Shown one piece after another: positions 39,107-48,900 of a stretch of DNA of 55,995 nt. The DNA is from Verrucomicrobiota bacterium. GTDB lineage: Bacteria > Verrucomicrobiota > Verrucomicrobiia > Limisphaerales > Palsa-1400. Positions within the stretch are counted from its first letter, which is position 1; each line of letters opens with the position of its first letter. The notes beneath the pieces are model-generated. The model worked only from the letters and a program-made list of their open reading frames with translations. It had not been told where the DNA came from and did no database searches. The position numbers were made by a program, and so were the translations under genes. Where the stretch lies: the NCBI GenBank assembly GCA_049510745.1, contig JBEKYR010000035.1:1-55995 (forward strand), read 5' to 3'.

Positions 39107-40467
39107 ATCAAGGTTCTGGCGACTTGTTCCCGCGAAGCTTGTTGCTCGCGGGCCAGCCGCCACATTACGTAGGTTATGGTTTGTTTCAGATCTTCACAGT
39201 TCCAGTGCGGACGGGTCAAAGCGCCTTCCTGCTGCATGGTCTCTCCCGGACAGCCAGCCAGGCACCATCGTCTGACATGGCAGCCGTTGCAGGGGTGCGT
39301 GGGCGCATCGAGCGAGAGGCTCTGTCCAAAAGAAACTCCCTTCGCCAACGCCGACGCTCTGCCTTCCGTGACGTGGCCGAGCTTCAACTTGGGAATCGTT
39401 GTGTTTATGCAGGGGTAAATCGTTCCGTCCGCCTGAATTAGCAAAGTCTGAGTTCCGGTGCCGCAGGTCTTGCGCCGGGACGATTCGCGGAGCACCGAAC
39501 GGAGGATGGAGTAAAGATCGCTCCGGCACATCGGCTTGAGGGACGGATCGGCGTCAAGTTCCGCGCAAATCGCCTGCACGATCTCAAGCTGTGGAGCCGG
39601 CGTGACGGGTCCGGCGGCGGAGTTGCCGAGTTTTTTCAACGGAATGAATCGAACCTCTTGAACCCCCAGCGTCCGGGCCAAGCGGAAATACGCAGGAATC
39701 TCCAGGAGATTCTCACGACAGCAGACCATGCACATCGTTGTCGGGACCCGCTTCTCGACCAGGCGCCGGATAGTGGCCGTGGCTTTCTGGAAAGTGCCGT
39801 GACCACGAATGGCGTCGTTGGTATCTGGCGTGGCCCCATCCAGCGAGACCTGGACCTTCAGTCCGGCCTCAACCAAACCGCTGAGCAGGCTCTCGGTCAG
39901 GACGGTTCCATTGGTGGAAACGTTGCAGCCAAACTTGTGGCGTTTGGCCCATTGCCCAACCCGGATGACACCGGCTGGATGCAGAAAAGGTTCCCCGCCG
40001 AGCAGGCTCAAGGTGGCGTGGGAACTGAAACAGGGCCGAAGTTCATCAAGAAAACGCAGTCCCTGCTCCACGTCCAGTTTCGATCCGTTCCGCAGTTCCT
40101 GAGGAACGTAACAGGTGTGGCAGTTGAGATTGCAGGCCGTGACCAGATTAATGGTGACATTCTCCAGCAAAGGCGGAGGGGAAGATTTCGGATTGCGGCC
40201 GGTGAGTCCCGATTTTTCCATTTTTCGGAGTTGGGTCAGAATACTCCGCCCGTGGGGCTGCCAGGCGCGGTGCTGGCTCAAGATACCTTCGAGCGAGGTT
40301 GGTTTTTCGAGCGCGCGGAGAAGCTCCCGAAAATCTTCATCGACCACATGCCAGTAGCCCTCCTCTCCCCAAATCTGCAGGACGAGGCCGTTCTTTTGCT
40401 CGACGTGATCTGGAGGCCGGACGCGGAGGGGGCTTCGTGGGCGCAAAATCTGGTGGAGCAGAGACAT
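39103..40467 (-). CDS. Radical SAM/SPASM-domain protein (peptide-maturase-like)
   Basis: CNLNCHTC, GGEPF, STNGT, VSLDG, and a seven-Cys SPASM domain (CGTG...YPC...CNGC....WCLAGC...C) with a ~100-aa N-terminal extension. Confidence 0.9.
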   Translation of the reverse strand: MSLLHQILRPRSPLRVRPPDHVEQKNGLVLQIWGEEGYWHVVDEDFRELLRALEKPTSLEGILSQHRAWQPHGRSILTQLRKMEKSGLTGRNPKSSPPPLLENVTINLVTACNLNCHTCYVPQELRNGSKLDVEQGLRFLDELRPCFSSHATLSLLGGEPFLHPAGVIRVGQWAKRHKFGCNVSTNGTVLTESLLSGLVEAGLKVQVSLDGATPDTNDAIRGHGTFQKATATIRRLVEKRVPTTMCMVCCRENLLEIPAYFRLARTLGVQEVRFIPLKKLGNSAAGPVTPAPQLEIVQAICAELDADPSLKPMCRSDLYSILRSVLRESSRRKTCGTGTQTLLIQADGTIYPCINTTIPKLKLGHVTEGRASALAKGVSFGQSLSLDAPTHPCNGCHVRRWCLAGCPGETMQQEGALTRPHWNCEDLKQTITYVMWRLAREQQASREQVARTLI

Positions 40468-40671
40468 TGTTCTCAATCCTTTGATCGCCTCGCCGATCAG
40501 TAGAAATCTTTATGCGACAAACGCGCGCTTTTAGCAATAGAAATCCAGCCGCCCCACAATCGACACCGCCGCGTCCGCGGGGACGGCCCGGATGTGATGA
40601 TTTGACCCTGTCTGGAATCAGTTTTTTTGGGATTTAACCATTCAAGCAGCCTTATTGTAGTTGTAATATAC

Positions 40672-40746
40672 TTGTGCACAACATGTTACAATAATATAAT
40701 AACATGCAAGAATCTCTATTGACATTATAGAGATTATTGATATAGT
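40672..40746 (+). promoter_or_regulatory. AT-rich sigma70-type promoter with overlapping palindromic operators
   Basis: TTGACA (40719-24), 16 bp spacer, TG-a-TATAGT (40741-46). AATCTCTAT-N7-ATAGAGATT overlaps the -35; CATGTTA-N11-TAACATG and TTGTGCACAA lie upstream. Confidence 0.7.
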
Positions 40747-40758
40747 GGCGTCGTTCGA

Positions 40759-40962
40759 ATGAGCAACTTTGCGAAAATCGATACGGTGAATGCCAGGCTC
40801 CAAACGGCGGAGTCCCTGCCGGTTTGGTTGCAATTGGTTCGAGAGCACGTCCGTTCACTGAAGTTTGGAACGGTGCAGATCACGGTTCACGATTCGCGGG
40901 TGGTGCAGGTCGAGCGAGTCGAGAAGCTGCGCTTTGACAAGCCAGAAATTGACGGAGGCTGA
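40759..40962 (+). CDS. YezD/DUF2292-family small protein
   Basis: VRSLKFGTVQITVHDSRVVQVERVEKLRF signature. Confidence 0.85.
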   Translation: MSNFAKIDTVNARLQTAESLPVWLQLVREHVRSLKFGTVQITVHDSRVVQVERVEKLRFDKPEIDGG

Positions 40963-40977
40963 CGGGATGGCCGGAGG
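40959..40977 (+). promoter_or_regulatory. Candidate cis-RNA hairpin motif, copy 1 (CTGAC-x-GG-N4-CCGGAGG)
   Basis: CTGACGGGATGGCCGGAGG; second copy at 41892-41910. Confidence 0.5.
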
Positions 40978-41004
40978 TTTCCGTGGAAATGAAGAAGAAC
41001 AATT

Positions 41005-41847
41005 ATGAGGAATACGTCAAGTGTGGCCCGGCCCGAGGCCAGGGCAAGCGTTAGGAACGCGGTCGCGCCCGCCCGCCGTTCCATTGCCGATCTGCTGGCG
41101 CCGCTGGACCAGATGGCCGAGGATTCGCCCAACCTGGTTGTCGGTCGCGAGGCGCGGTTTGAAAGGGAGGGCGAATCTTACGTTCTCCCGCGGTATCTCT
41201 TCATCGGCCCCAAGAGCGGGGATGCGCCGATTCGGATCGGAATTTTTGCCGGGATTCACGGCGACGAACCGGAAGGGGCGTACGCGGCGGTCCGTTTTCT
41301 CAGGTTTTTGGAAACCTACGCTGAATTGGCGGCGGGCTATTGCCTGTCCGTTTATCCGGTGTGCAATCCCACCGGCTTTGAAGACAACACGCGGCACTCG
41401 CGGCGGGGGAAGGATTTGAACCGCGAGTTTTGGGCCAACTCGGCCGAGCCGGAAGTGGGGTTGTTGCAGGCGGAATTGGTGTCGCGTTCCTTTCACGGAA
41501 TCATCGCGTTGCACGTGGATGATACGAGCGATGGGTTTTACGGCATCGTGGGCGGGGCGACCTTGACCAAGCATCTGATTGAACCGGCGTTAAAGGCGGC
41601 GGACGCCTTCCTGCCGCTGGACAAACGGGCGCTGATCGATGGATTTCCGGCGCGGAATGGGGTCGTGCGCGATTCGTTTCCCGGCGTGTTGAGCGCTCCG
41701 CCAATAGTCCGGCCGCGCCCGTTTGAAATCATCCTGGAGGCGCCCAAAGGCCGTCCTGCGTATTTGACAGAGTGGGCATTTGTCGCCGCGTTGCAATCGA
41801 TCCTTGGGGGATACCGCAAGTTCATCGCCTACGCCCAGAACCTTTAA
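41005..41847 (+). CDS. M14-type Zn hydrolase (succinylglutamate desuccinylase/aspartoacylase family)
   Basis: AGIHGDEP, NPTGF...R, DLNREF, IALHxD and ILEAP. Confidence 0.85.
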   Translation: MRNTSSVARPEARASVRNAVAPARRSIADLLAPLDQMAEDSPNLVVGREARFEREGESYVLPRYLFIGPKSGDAPIRIGIFAGIHGDEPEGAYAAVRFLRFLETYAELAAGYCLSVYPVCNPTGFEDNTRHSRRGKDLNREFWANSAEPEVGLLQAELVSRSFHGIIALHVDDTSDGFYGIVGGATLTKHLIEPALKAADAFLPLDKRALIDGFPARNGVVRDSFPGVLSAPPIVRPRPFEIILEAPKGRPAYLTEWAFVAALQSILGGYRKFIAYAQNL

Positions 41848-41891
41848 TCGCCTACCTCAAATGAGAATGGCCGCAGCAAACAATATACGGA

Positions 41892-41910
41892 CTGACCGGT
41901 CCGCCGGAGG
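41892..41910 (+). promoter_or_regulatory. Candidate cis-RNA hairpin motif, copy 2
   Basis: CTGACCGGTCCGCCGGAGG, closed by GAC/GTC, upstream of the binding-protein gene. Confidence 0.5.
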
Positions 41911-41943
41911 TCTTCGATTCAAAACACAAAAACCGATTCACTC

Positions 41944-43023
41944 ATGAAACCACTTGAAGTTATGAAAAAAATGAACCTGAACAAATTCCTTGCCGCTGGA
42001 CTGGCTCTGGCGGGCATTGGCCTGGCGTCCGGCGCGCGGGCCCAAACGGTCGTGCTGTTTGGCGGGGGCAACGCCAGCCAGACGTTGCTCTATGATCGAG
42101 TGACCAACATCCTGACCGGCGGCATCACCTCGGTGACCATTTCTCCCACCAACGGCACGGTCCGCTCCTATGTCGGCTCGATTAGCGGGCAATCGGGCCT
42201 GGGAACGGTGACCATTCATTTCTCGCTTTTGGGAGCGGGGCAGGGATTGCAGGACGTGGAAGCGCAGAACGACGAGACGACGGCCACGGGCGCGTCGCTG
42301 CCGCCGACGGTGGCCGTATCGAGCGCGGCGCCGGAAGTGATTGGGATCGATCCGTCCACATTGACGCAGACCGAGACGCTGGTGGTGCCGTACGCGTACA
42401 TCAAAGGCACCTCGGCCAATCTGGCCGGCGTGACCAATCTGACCCAGCGTCAGGCGGCGTATTTGGAAGGGGCGGCGGGCACGTTGCCCTCGGCGTTTTT
42501 CGGCGGCAGCAGCACGAGCGACACAGTCTATCTGGTGCCGCGCAACACGGCTTCGGCAGTGCGCTTGGAGATTGACGCGAACGTTTACTTCACGGGAACC
42601 ATAGCCGCCTGGACGACCAACGGCTCGGGCCAACCCATTCCCGATCCCAACGGCGGACAAAGCAGCGGCAGCGCGGTCAGGGGAGTGCTGAAGGCTCTGC
42701 CCGACGCCATCGGGACGGTGGCGGCGCAGGACATTGGCACCTATACGCCGCTGGCTTACGAAGGGGTTCCATTCTCGGTGACCAACGTCGAGAACGGGAG
42801 CTATCCGTTGTGGGGTTACGAGCGCTGGCTCTATCCCAACACCGGTCAGCAAGGAGCGCCGAGCGCCAACCAACTCATCGTCATCAATCACCTTTTGGGC
42901 GCGGTCACAAACGCCAACTTTCAAGCCACCAACGCCCTTTTTGTGGGGAATTTTGCCCCGCTCGGCGGCCTGCAAGTCCAGCGCTTGTCCGATGGCGGCC
43001 CGATTACCTCGACGCTCTATTAA
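41944..43023 (+). CDS. Secreted PstS/PBP-superfamily-like substrate-binding protein, Cys/Met-free mature chain
   Basis: Signal peptide ending ARA, N-terminal GGNAS, R-x3-S loop (PRNTASAVR) and NGSYPLWGYE motif. Start may be 41944, 41962 or 41971. Confidence 0.65.
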   Translation: MKPLEVMKKMNLNKFLAAGLALAGIGLASGARAQTVVLFGGGNASQTLLYDRVTNILTGGITSVTISPTNGTVRSYVGSISGQSGLGTVTIHFSLLGAGQGLQDVEAQNDETTATGASLPPTVAVSSAAPEVIGIDPSTLTQTETLVVPYAYIKGTSANLAGVTNLTQRQAAYLEGAAGTLPSAFFGGSSTSDTVYLVPRNTASAVRLEIDANVYFTGTIAAWTTNGSGQPIPDPNGGQSSGSAVRGVLKALPDAIGTVAAQDIGTYTPLAYEGVPFSVTNVENGSYPLWGYERWLYPNTGQQGAPSANQLIVINHLLGAVTNANFQATNALFVGNFAPLGGLQVQRLSDGGPITSTLY

Positions 43024-43052
43024 CGCGCCACCCCTGATTTATCCATCAGCCT

Positions 43053-43982
43053 ATGAAAAAGATTTCCTATTTAACTCTCGCCGGGCTGGCGTGGCTGGCG
43101 TGGCTGGCCACGCCCCTGGCGAGAGCTTGGACTTACCAGGACGGCGATGTCCTGCTCATCTTCCGGGAATCCGGATTCAACGACGTGGAGTTCGACATTG
43201 GAGGGATCAGCCAATTTCTCAACCAGTCCAGCGGCTACACGGCCCCGGTGACGGGGTGGGATTTGGGGCTGGTGACCAACGTCTTCGGCTCCGATCTGAC
43301 CGGCGTGAGCATTATTCTGGCCGCGACCACCAGCCGGACCAACGCCGTTCGCAGCACCTGGCTCACCAGCAGCGAGAGCGTGACATCGGTTGGCGATGTG
43401 ACGGCATCGGCGTGGCAGAGCGAGCTTTGGAGCATCATCAATTCCATTGGCACGCGGCCGGTGATTTACCTCGTGCCGCCGACGAATGCTGCCTATGTGA
43501 TTGACCCCGGGGGCACTTATCGGCTGGCGTCTTACGACTACATTGTGACGGGAGGGGGGGTGAACGGGAATTCGATCTCGGAGTTTGGCGGCAACGCGGC
43601 CTTCAACGTGGAGGGAATCATCCCCGGAACGGTGGGTTTCTGGCAAATCCAGCCGACCAACGCCATTCCCAAACCGGCCGCGACCTACGTGGGCAGTTTC
43701 AGTATTGACGCAAGCGGGAACCTCAACTTCGTGGCCGGGGCGCCGCAAGCGCCCCAACCGACGATCGTGGGGTTTGGGCGGAGCGGCAACGTCAGCACGG
43801 TGAGTTTCACCACGGTGGCCAGCGGCAATTACACGCTGGTTTACACCAACACCCTGGGCGCCGCCATCGGCACGTGGCCGGCGGTGAGCGGCCCGATTGC
43901 GGGCGACGGGAGCACCCAGTCGCTCACGCACACAAACTCGGTTGACAGCGCCGGTTTTTACGGGGTCTTGCGATCCCCGTGA
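43053..43982 (+). CDS. Secreted beta-rich protein with C-terminal FY(R/G) domain, Cys/Met-free mature chain
   Basis: Signal peptide ending ARA, YQDGDVLLIFR...DVEFDIG, and C-terminal YTLVY...L...W...GDG...GFYGV. Confidence 0.8.
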   Translation: MKKISYLTLAGLAWLAWLATPLARAWTYQDGDVLLIFRESGFNDVEFDIGGISQFLNQSSGYTAPVTGWDLGLVTNVFGSDLTGVSIILAATTSRTNAVRSTWLTSSESVTSVGDVTASAWQSELWSIINSIGTRPVIYLVPPTNAAYVIDPGGTYRLASYDYIVTGGGVNGNSISEFGGNAAFNVEGIIPGTVGFWQIQPTNAIPKPAATYVGSFSIDASGNLNFVAGAPQAPQPTIVGFGRSGNVSTVSFTTVASGNYTLVYTNTLGAAIGTWPAVSGPIAGDGSTQSLTHTNSVDSAGFYGVLRSP

Positions 43983-44064
43983 GGCAGATTCGCAGTGCGC
44001 GGCAGGCCGTTCTTCGGCGGCCTGCCGCGGTCGGTTCCATTTGTAGAGAGGACAACCACAACAA

Positions 44065-45921
44065 ATGAAGTTTCAGACAGGATTGACCGCCATGCTCATG
44101 CTTGGAACAGCAACGAACAGCCCCACACAGCCGGCCAACCCACTTTCCACTGACAGCGCAAAGTCTGCCGGACCGGCGTTCCGCGTCACGGCCTACAAGA
44201 TCGAGGGAAACACCGTCCTGCCGCCGGAGAAGTTCGATTTTCTCACCAACTATACCGGCTCCGCCGTGGACCTGGCGCGGCTGCGCGAAGGATTGGGCGA
44301 ACTGCAACTGCTCTACCGCAATCTCGGTTTCGCCACCGTCAGCATCACGTTGCCGCAGCAACGGCTCACCAACGGGATTGTCCGGGTCAAGGTTATTGAA
44401 GGGACACTGGCCGGCATCAGCGTGGCGGGCAATCATTACTTCAGTTCCAACAATGTTCGGCGCGCCCTGCCCAGCCTTAAAACCAACATTCTCCTCAACA
44501 CCAAGTGGCTCCAGCCGGAGATGGATCGCGCCAACCAGAATCCCGACCGCCAGATTTATCCCGTCGTTTCGCCCGGCGCGGAGCCGGGATTGAGCGACCT
44601 GACGCTGCGGGTGAAAGACCGCCTGCCGCTGCACGGGCACATCGAAGTCAACGATAAATCGACCCCCGGCACGCCCATCCTGCGCCTGGACACCGCCCTG
44701 CAATACAACAATCTCTGGCAGCTCGAACATCAGATCGGACTCCAGTACGGTTTTGCCCCGCAAAGCAGCAAGCCGGACGACTACCTGCCGCGGTTCTATG
44801 ACCAGCCGATGGTGGCGAGCTACAGCGCCTTTTATCGCATCCCGTTTCGTTCCGACGCCGGCTTGCGGGATGAGTACGAGCGGTTGCCGGTGGATTTCGG
44901 TTACAACGAAATCACCCACCAGTTCCATCTGCCGGCAGCGAGCGGGAATCCCGAATTGACAATCTATGGGTCGCGCTCCGGTTCCGACACGCCGGTGCGG
45001 TACGGCCCGCTGACCGCTGTGGTGAGCAGTCCGCTGGTCCAGATCACCAGCCAATCGGCCGAGCGCGATCTGACCTTCACCGAAAACGTCGGGGCGAAAT
45101 ATGCCCTGCCGCTGACGGAGTTTTCCGGCGTCCACTCGTCGTTGACCCTGGGGTTCGACTTCAAGAACTACCGGCTGCGGAGTTTCGCCACCAATCTCTC
45201 CTATTTCACCACCACCCTGACCAACAGTGGCGTCGCCAGCACAACGAACTTTGTCATTGCCCTGCCGTCCAACGGGCGTGAAGACGTCACCTATATGCCG
45301 TTGTCATGGGGCTGGTCGGGGGAGCGGCCGGACCAACGGGGAAGCACCAGTCTGAGTCTCGAGCAGGATGTTTTTCCCTGGCCGCTGGCTTCGTCACGGC
45401 CCAACTTCCAGACGGCCGCCGGTTCCGAGGCTGCGGGCGGCAATTACACCAAGGTCACGGCTAACGCGGCCCGCGAAGAAAAACTGCGCGCCGGATGGTC
45501 GATCCTGTGGCGGGCCGCGGGCCAATGGGCCAGCGAGCCGCTGATCAGCAACGAGCAATTTCCCCTCGGCGGCACGGCGGGCGTGCGCGGTTATCAGGAG
45601 GGAGAAACCTACGGCGACACCGGGTGGCGCACGACCCTGGATTTGCGCGCCCCGGCCGCCGGGATCGGGTCGTTTCCGGTGGGGAGCGGAACCGTTCCGG
45701 CCTTGGCGCGGCCGGCGGTGTTCATGGACTACGGCGAGGTGTATCTACTTGACAGATCGGATGCGCCCGCCGTGCGGCAATGGGGAACCGGCTTTGGAGT
45801 CTTTGTGACCGCCGGGCAGCATTTTGACGCGCGATTGAGTCTGGGCTGGGCGCTGCGGAACACGCCCGTGACGGCGGCCGGGAGCCTGCGCGCTTACTTC
45901 TCCGTTGGACTCCAATTTTAA
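44065..45921 (+). CDS. TpsB (ShlB/FhaC/HecB family) Omp85 transporter
   Basis: POTRA region (YKIEGNTVL...YRNLGF...LPQQ...VIEG), VRGY motif and C-terminal Phe. Confidence 0.92.
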   Translation: MKFQTGLTAMLMLGTATNSPTQPANPLSTDSAKSAGPAFRVTAYKIEGNTVLPPEKFDFLTNYTGSAVDLARLREGLGELQLLYRNLGFATVSITLPQQRLTNGIVRVKVIEGTLAGISVAGNHYFSSNNVRRALPSLKTNILLNTKWLQPEMDRANQNPDRQIYPVVSPGAEPGLSDLTLRVKDRLPLHGHIEVNDKSTPGTPILRLDTALQYNNLWQLEHQIGLQYGFAPQSSKPDDYLPRFYDQPMVASYSAFYRIPFRSDAGLRDEYERLPVDFGYNEITHQFHLPAASGNPELTIYGSRSGSDTPVRYGPLTAVVSSPLVQITSQSAERDLTFTENVGAKYALPLTEFSGVHSSLTLGFDFKNYRLRSFATNLSYFTTTLTNSGVASTTNFVIALPSNGREDVTYMPLSWGWSGERPDQRGSTSLSLEQDVFPWPLASSRPNFQTAAGSEAAGGNYTKVTANAAREEKLRAGWSILWRAAGQWASEPLISNEQFPLGGTAGVRGYQEGETYGDTGWRTTLDLRAPAAGIGSFPVGSGTVPALARPAVFMDYGEVYLLDRSDAPAVRQWGTGFGVFVTAGQHFDARLSLGWALRNTPVTAAGSLRAYFSVGLQF

Positions 45922-48900
45922 TGAAGGCGAAACTCCACCCCCGCCGTTTTGCGCGCTGGCTCACGCTTTGCCTGGCGCTGGGCGCCGCCGGTCATGCGCC
46001 GGCCAATCCCGCCGGCCTGACGGTGAAGTCGGGATCGGCCAGCGCGCAATCCGCCGGTTCGCAATTGACCGTCAGCACCGGCCCGTTGACGTTGCTCAAT
46101 TGGAGCAGTTTCAACATCCAGAAGGGTGAAACCACCACTTTCGTTCAACCGTCCGCGAATTCGGTCGTTTTCAACGTCATTGGCGATTCAAACCCGTCGC
46201 AGATTTTTGGCAGCCTCGATGCCAATGGCACCGTCATCCTCGCCAACGCCCATGGTTTTTATTTCGGGCCGAATTCCGTCATCAACGTCGGCGGCAGTTT
46301 CGTGGCCAGCACCGCGCCGTTGCGGCCGGACCTGGGGGCGGGGGCCGGTTGGGAGTTCACGGGCCTGCCGCCGCTGGCCCGCATTGTCAACTACGGTCAA
46401 ATCTCGGCGGGCCAGGGACACTCGCTCTTTCTCATTGCGGAAAATGTTGAAAATCACGGCGAGCTGATCGCGCCGGGCGGCAGCGTGGGGCTTTATGCCG
46501 GACAAGAGGTGCTGGTCACGGAACGGGCTGACGGACGCGGGTTGAGCGCGGCAGTGAAGCTCCCGGCCGGTTCGGTCGATAATTCCGGCCGCCTCATCGC
46601 TGATGCCGGGACCATCGCGATGCGCGCCCAAGTGGTCAATCAAAACGGCGTGATCCAGGCCGATTCCGTTCGCGAGCAAAACGGCACGATAGAACTGGTG
46701 GCCGCCAGCCAGTTGAATCTCGGCCCCAATTCCCAAATCCTCGCCCATGGTGACGATTCCCCGCCCGACAGTCCGGGCGGCGGCGTCACTCTTAAGTCGG
46801 GCCACACTTTTGTTGACAGTATCGGGAGTCAAATCATTACAAGCGGCGGAGCGCACGGGGGCAACGGCGGCAATGTGGAAGTCAGCGCGCCGAACATTCT
46901 CTCGCTGGATTCGAGGATGGACGCGAGCGCGCAAACCGGTTTCACCGGCGGACAACTGTTGCTCGACCCCGCGAACATCACGCTGGGCACGTCCGGCAGC
47001 GGCAGCGCCGGCACTGGGACGGTGGCGGCGGGGAGCGGTTCGGGGACATTGCAATTAAACGTCAATTCCGCGTTTGCCAACAAGAATGTTTCCCAGATCA
47101 CGCTGCAAGCCACCGCCAACATCACCCTCGCCGCCGGGACGGTTTGGAATCTCAGCAAAAGCACCGGCGAACAGAGCGGCCTGCTGACCTTGCAGGCGGG
47201 AGGCAACATTGTCTTCGGAAACAATTCGCAGATTGTGGATGCCAACAATTGGTCGGTGACCTTGCAGGCGGGTGTGAACTTCACTTCCGGCGCGGTGCAG
47301 CCGGGCGTTGGCTCGATCTATTTGAACGGCGGCAGCGGCCTGAAGTTGAACGGAACGGTTCAAACTTCCGGCGGCGACATCACCATGACGGCGGGGCAGG
47401 ACATTTTGGCCGGGACCGGCGGCATTCGCACCGTTGGCGGGGGCAACATCAACCTCCAGGCGATTTCCGGTGATATCAATGCGGGCACGGGCAACGGCGG
47501 CTATCAGTTTTCCATTTTCGGCTACAGCGTCGGCGCCAGCCCGGGCGGCATCGCCACAGCGGCCGGGGGGAATGTCACGCTGCAAGCCGGCGACGATATC
47601 ATCAGCACGCCGACCGTGCCGTCGGGCCAGCCGCCCGGAGCCTCCGGTGCTTACGGCAGCCAGCCCGGCAACGTGACGCTCATTGCCGGCAACCAAATCC
47701 TCGGCAATTACACCCTGGCCAATGGCGTCGGCACGGTGCTCGCAGGGGTGCAGGTCCAGAACGGACAGGTCACGCAGATTCTCGATCCCACCGCCGATGT
47801 CGGCAGTTCGACCCGTCCGGTGAGCCTGAGTTTGATTGACGGTTCCTGGAATGTTTGGGCCGCGCGCAACCTTTACATCGGCGAGGTGCGCAATCCCGAT
47901 GGCACTTTCAATAACAATGCGTTGACCGTGCCGGCCGGAGAGTTTTCCGGGAACACCGACAATCCGACTGTCCCGGTTCGAACGCAATTTTTGTTCGACT
48001 ACGCGCCGAACGCGGCGGCCAATTTCTGGGCCGGCGACGGCATCACCCTGGTTGGCGGGAACCTGCCGCGGGTCCTTGGCCAAAACCAGGACATGCCTCC
48101 CATTTACCCGCCGATTCTGACGTTAAACGCCGGGGCGGGCGGAATTACGATTGACAATCCGATTATTCTCTACCCGTCCAGCCAAGGGGCGCTCCAACTG
48201 ATCACCAGCGCGGGCGGCGATCTGGCGGGCGCCTACCTGCAGGGAACGCTGACGGGCATCACGATGTCGGACAGCGGGTTGCCGGGCTTCGCCACTTTCA
48301 GCCAGGGCCACGCCACCACGCCGTTGCACCTCAACGATCCCAATGCCGTGGTGGCCGACATTTCCGGCGACATCGATTCGTTCGGTTTGACAGTGCCGAC
48401 CTTCGCGCAAATCGCGGTGGCCGGCAGCACCTATAATTTTGGTTTCCTGGGCCAGAATTTGTCGCATTCGCAAACCACCTCCATCACCGTGGCGGGTGAC
48501 ATAACTTATCGGGGCGACCTCACCAGTGTCCCGCTGGCCACGCCGCTGCCCAAGGCGCTTTTTAACGCGGCCCTGAGCGGCGACGGGGAGGTTGCGGGCA
48601 AACTTCGCTACGATGCTTCGACCGGCACGTTGACCTTCATAGGCCAGATGTCGGCCACGGAACTGGCGTTCCTGCTGAATCCCTTCGAGTTGGTGTTGAA
48701 CCAATCCGGCAAGCCGATCCTCGGCGCGAACGGCCAACCGCTGACCAAACCGCTGACCCTCACCGCCGGCCAACAGGCCGCCCTCCAGCAACTTTACACC
48801 GCCAGCCAGACCGCCACGCTGGGCGACCAGGGCCTGGCAGTCGCCGGCCCCGGACATTTCGAGGTGAACGCGCGCAACATCGACCTCGGCATCTCCGGAG

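Noticed and set aside
40497..40679. 60-aa ORF upstream of the rSAM gene as RiPP precursor
   Set aside because: GTG start inside the AT-rich promoter region, no RBS and no leader/core-like pattern.
40960..40992. Selenocysteine read-through of the yezD UGA by the downstream hairpin
   Set aside because: Read-through adds only about 10 residues before another stop, the DUF2292 domain is already complete, and the second motif copy is not at an in-frame UGA.
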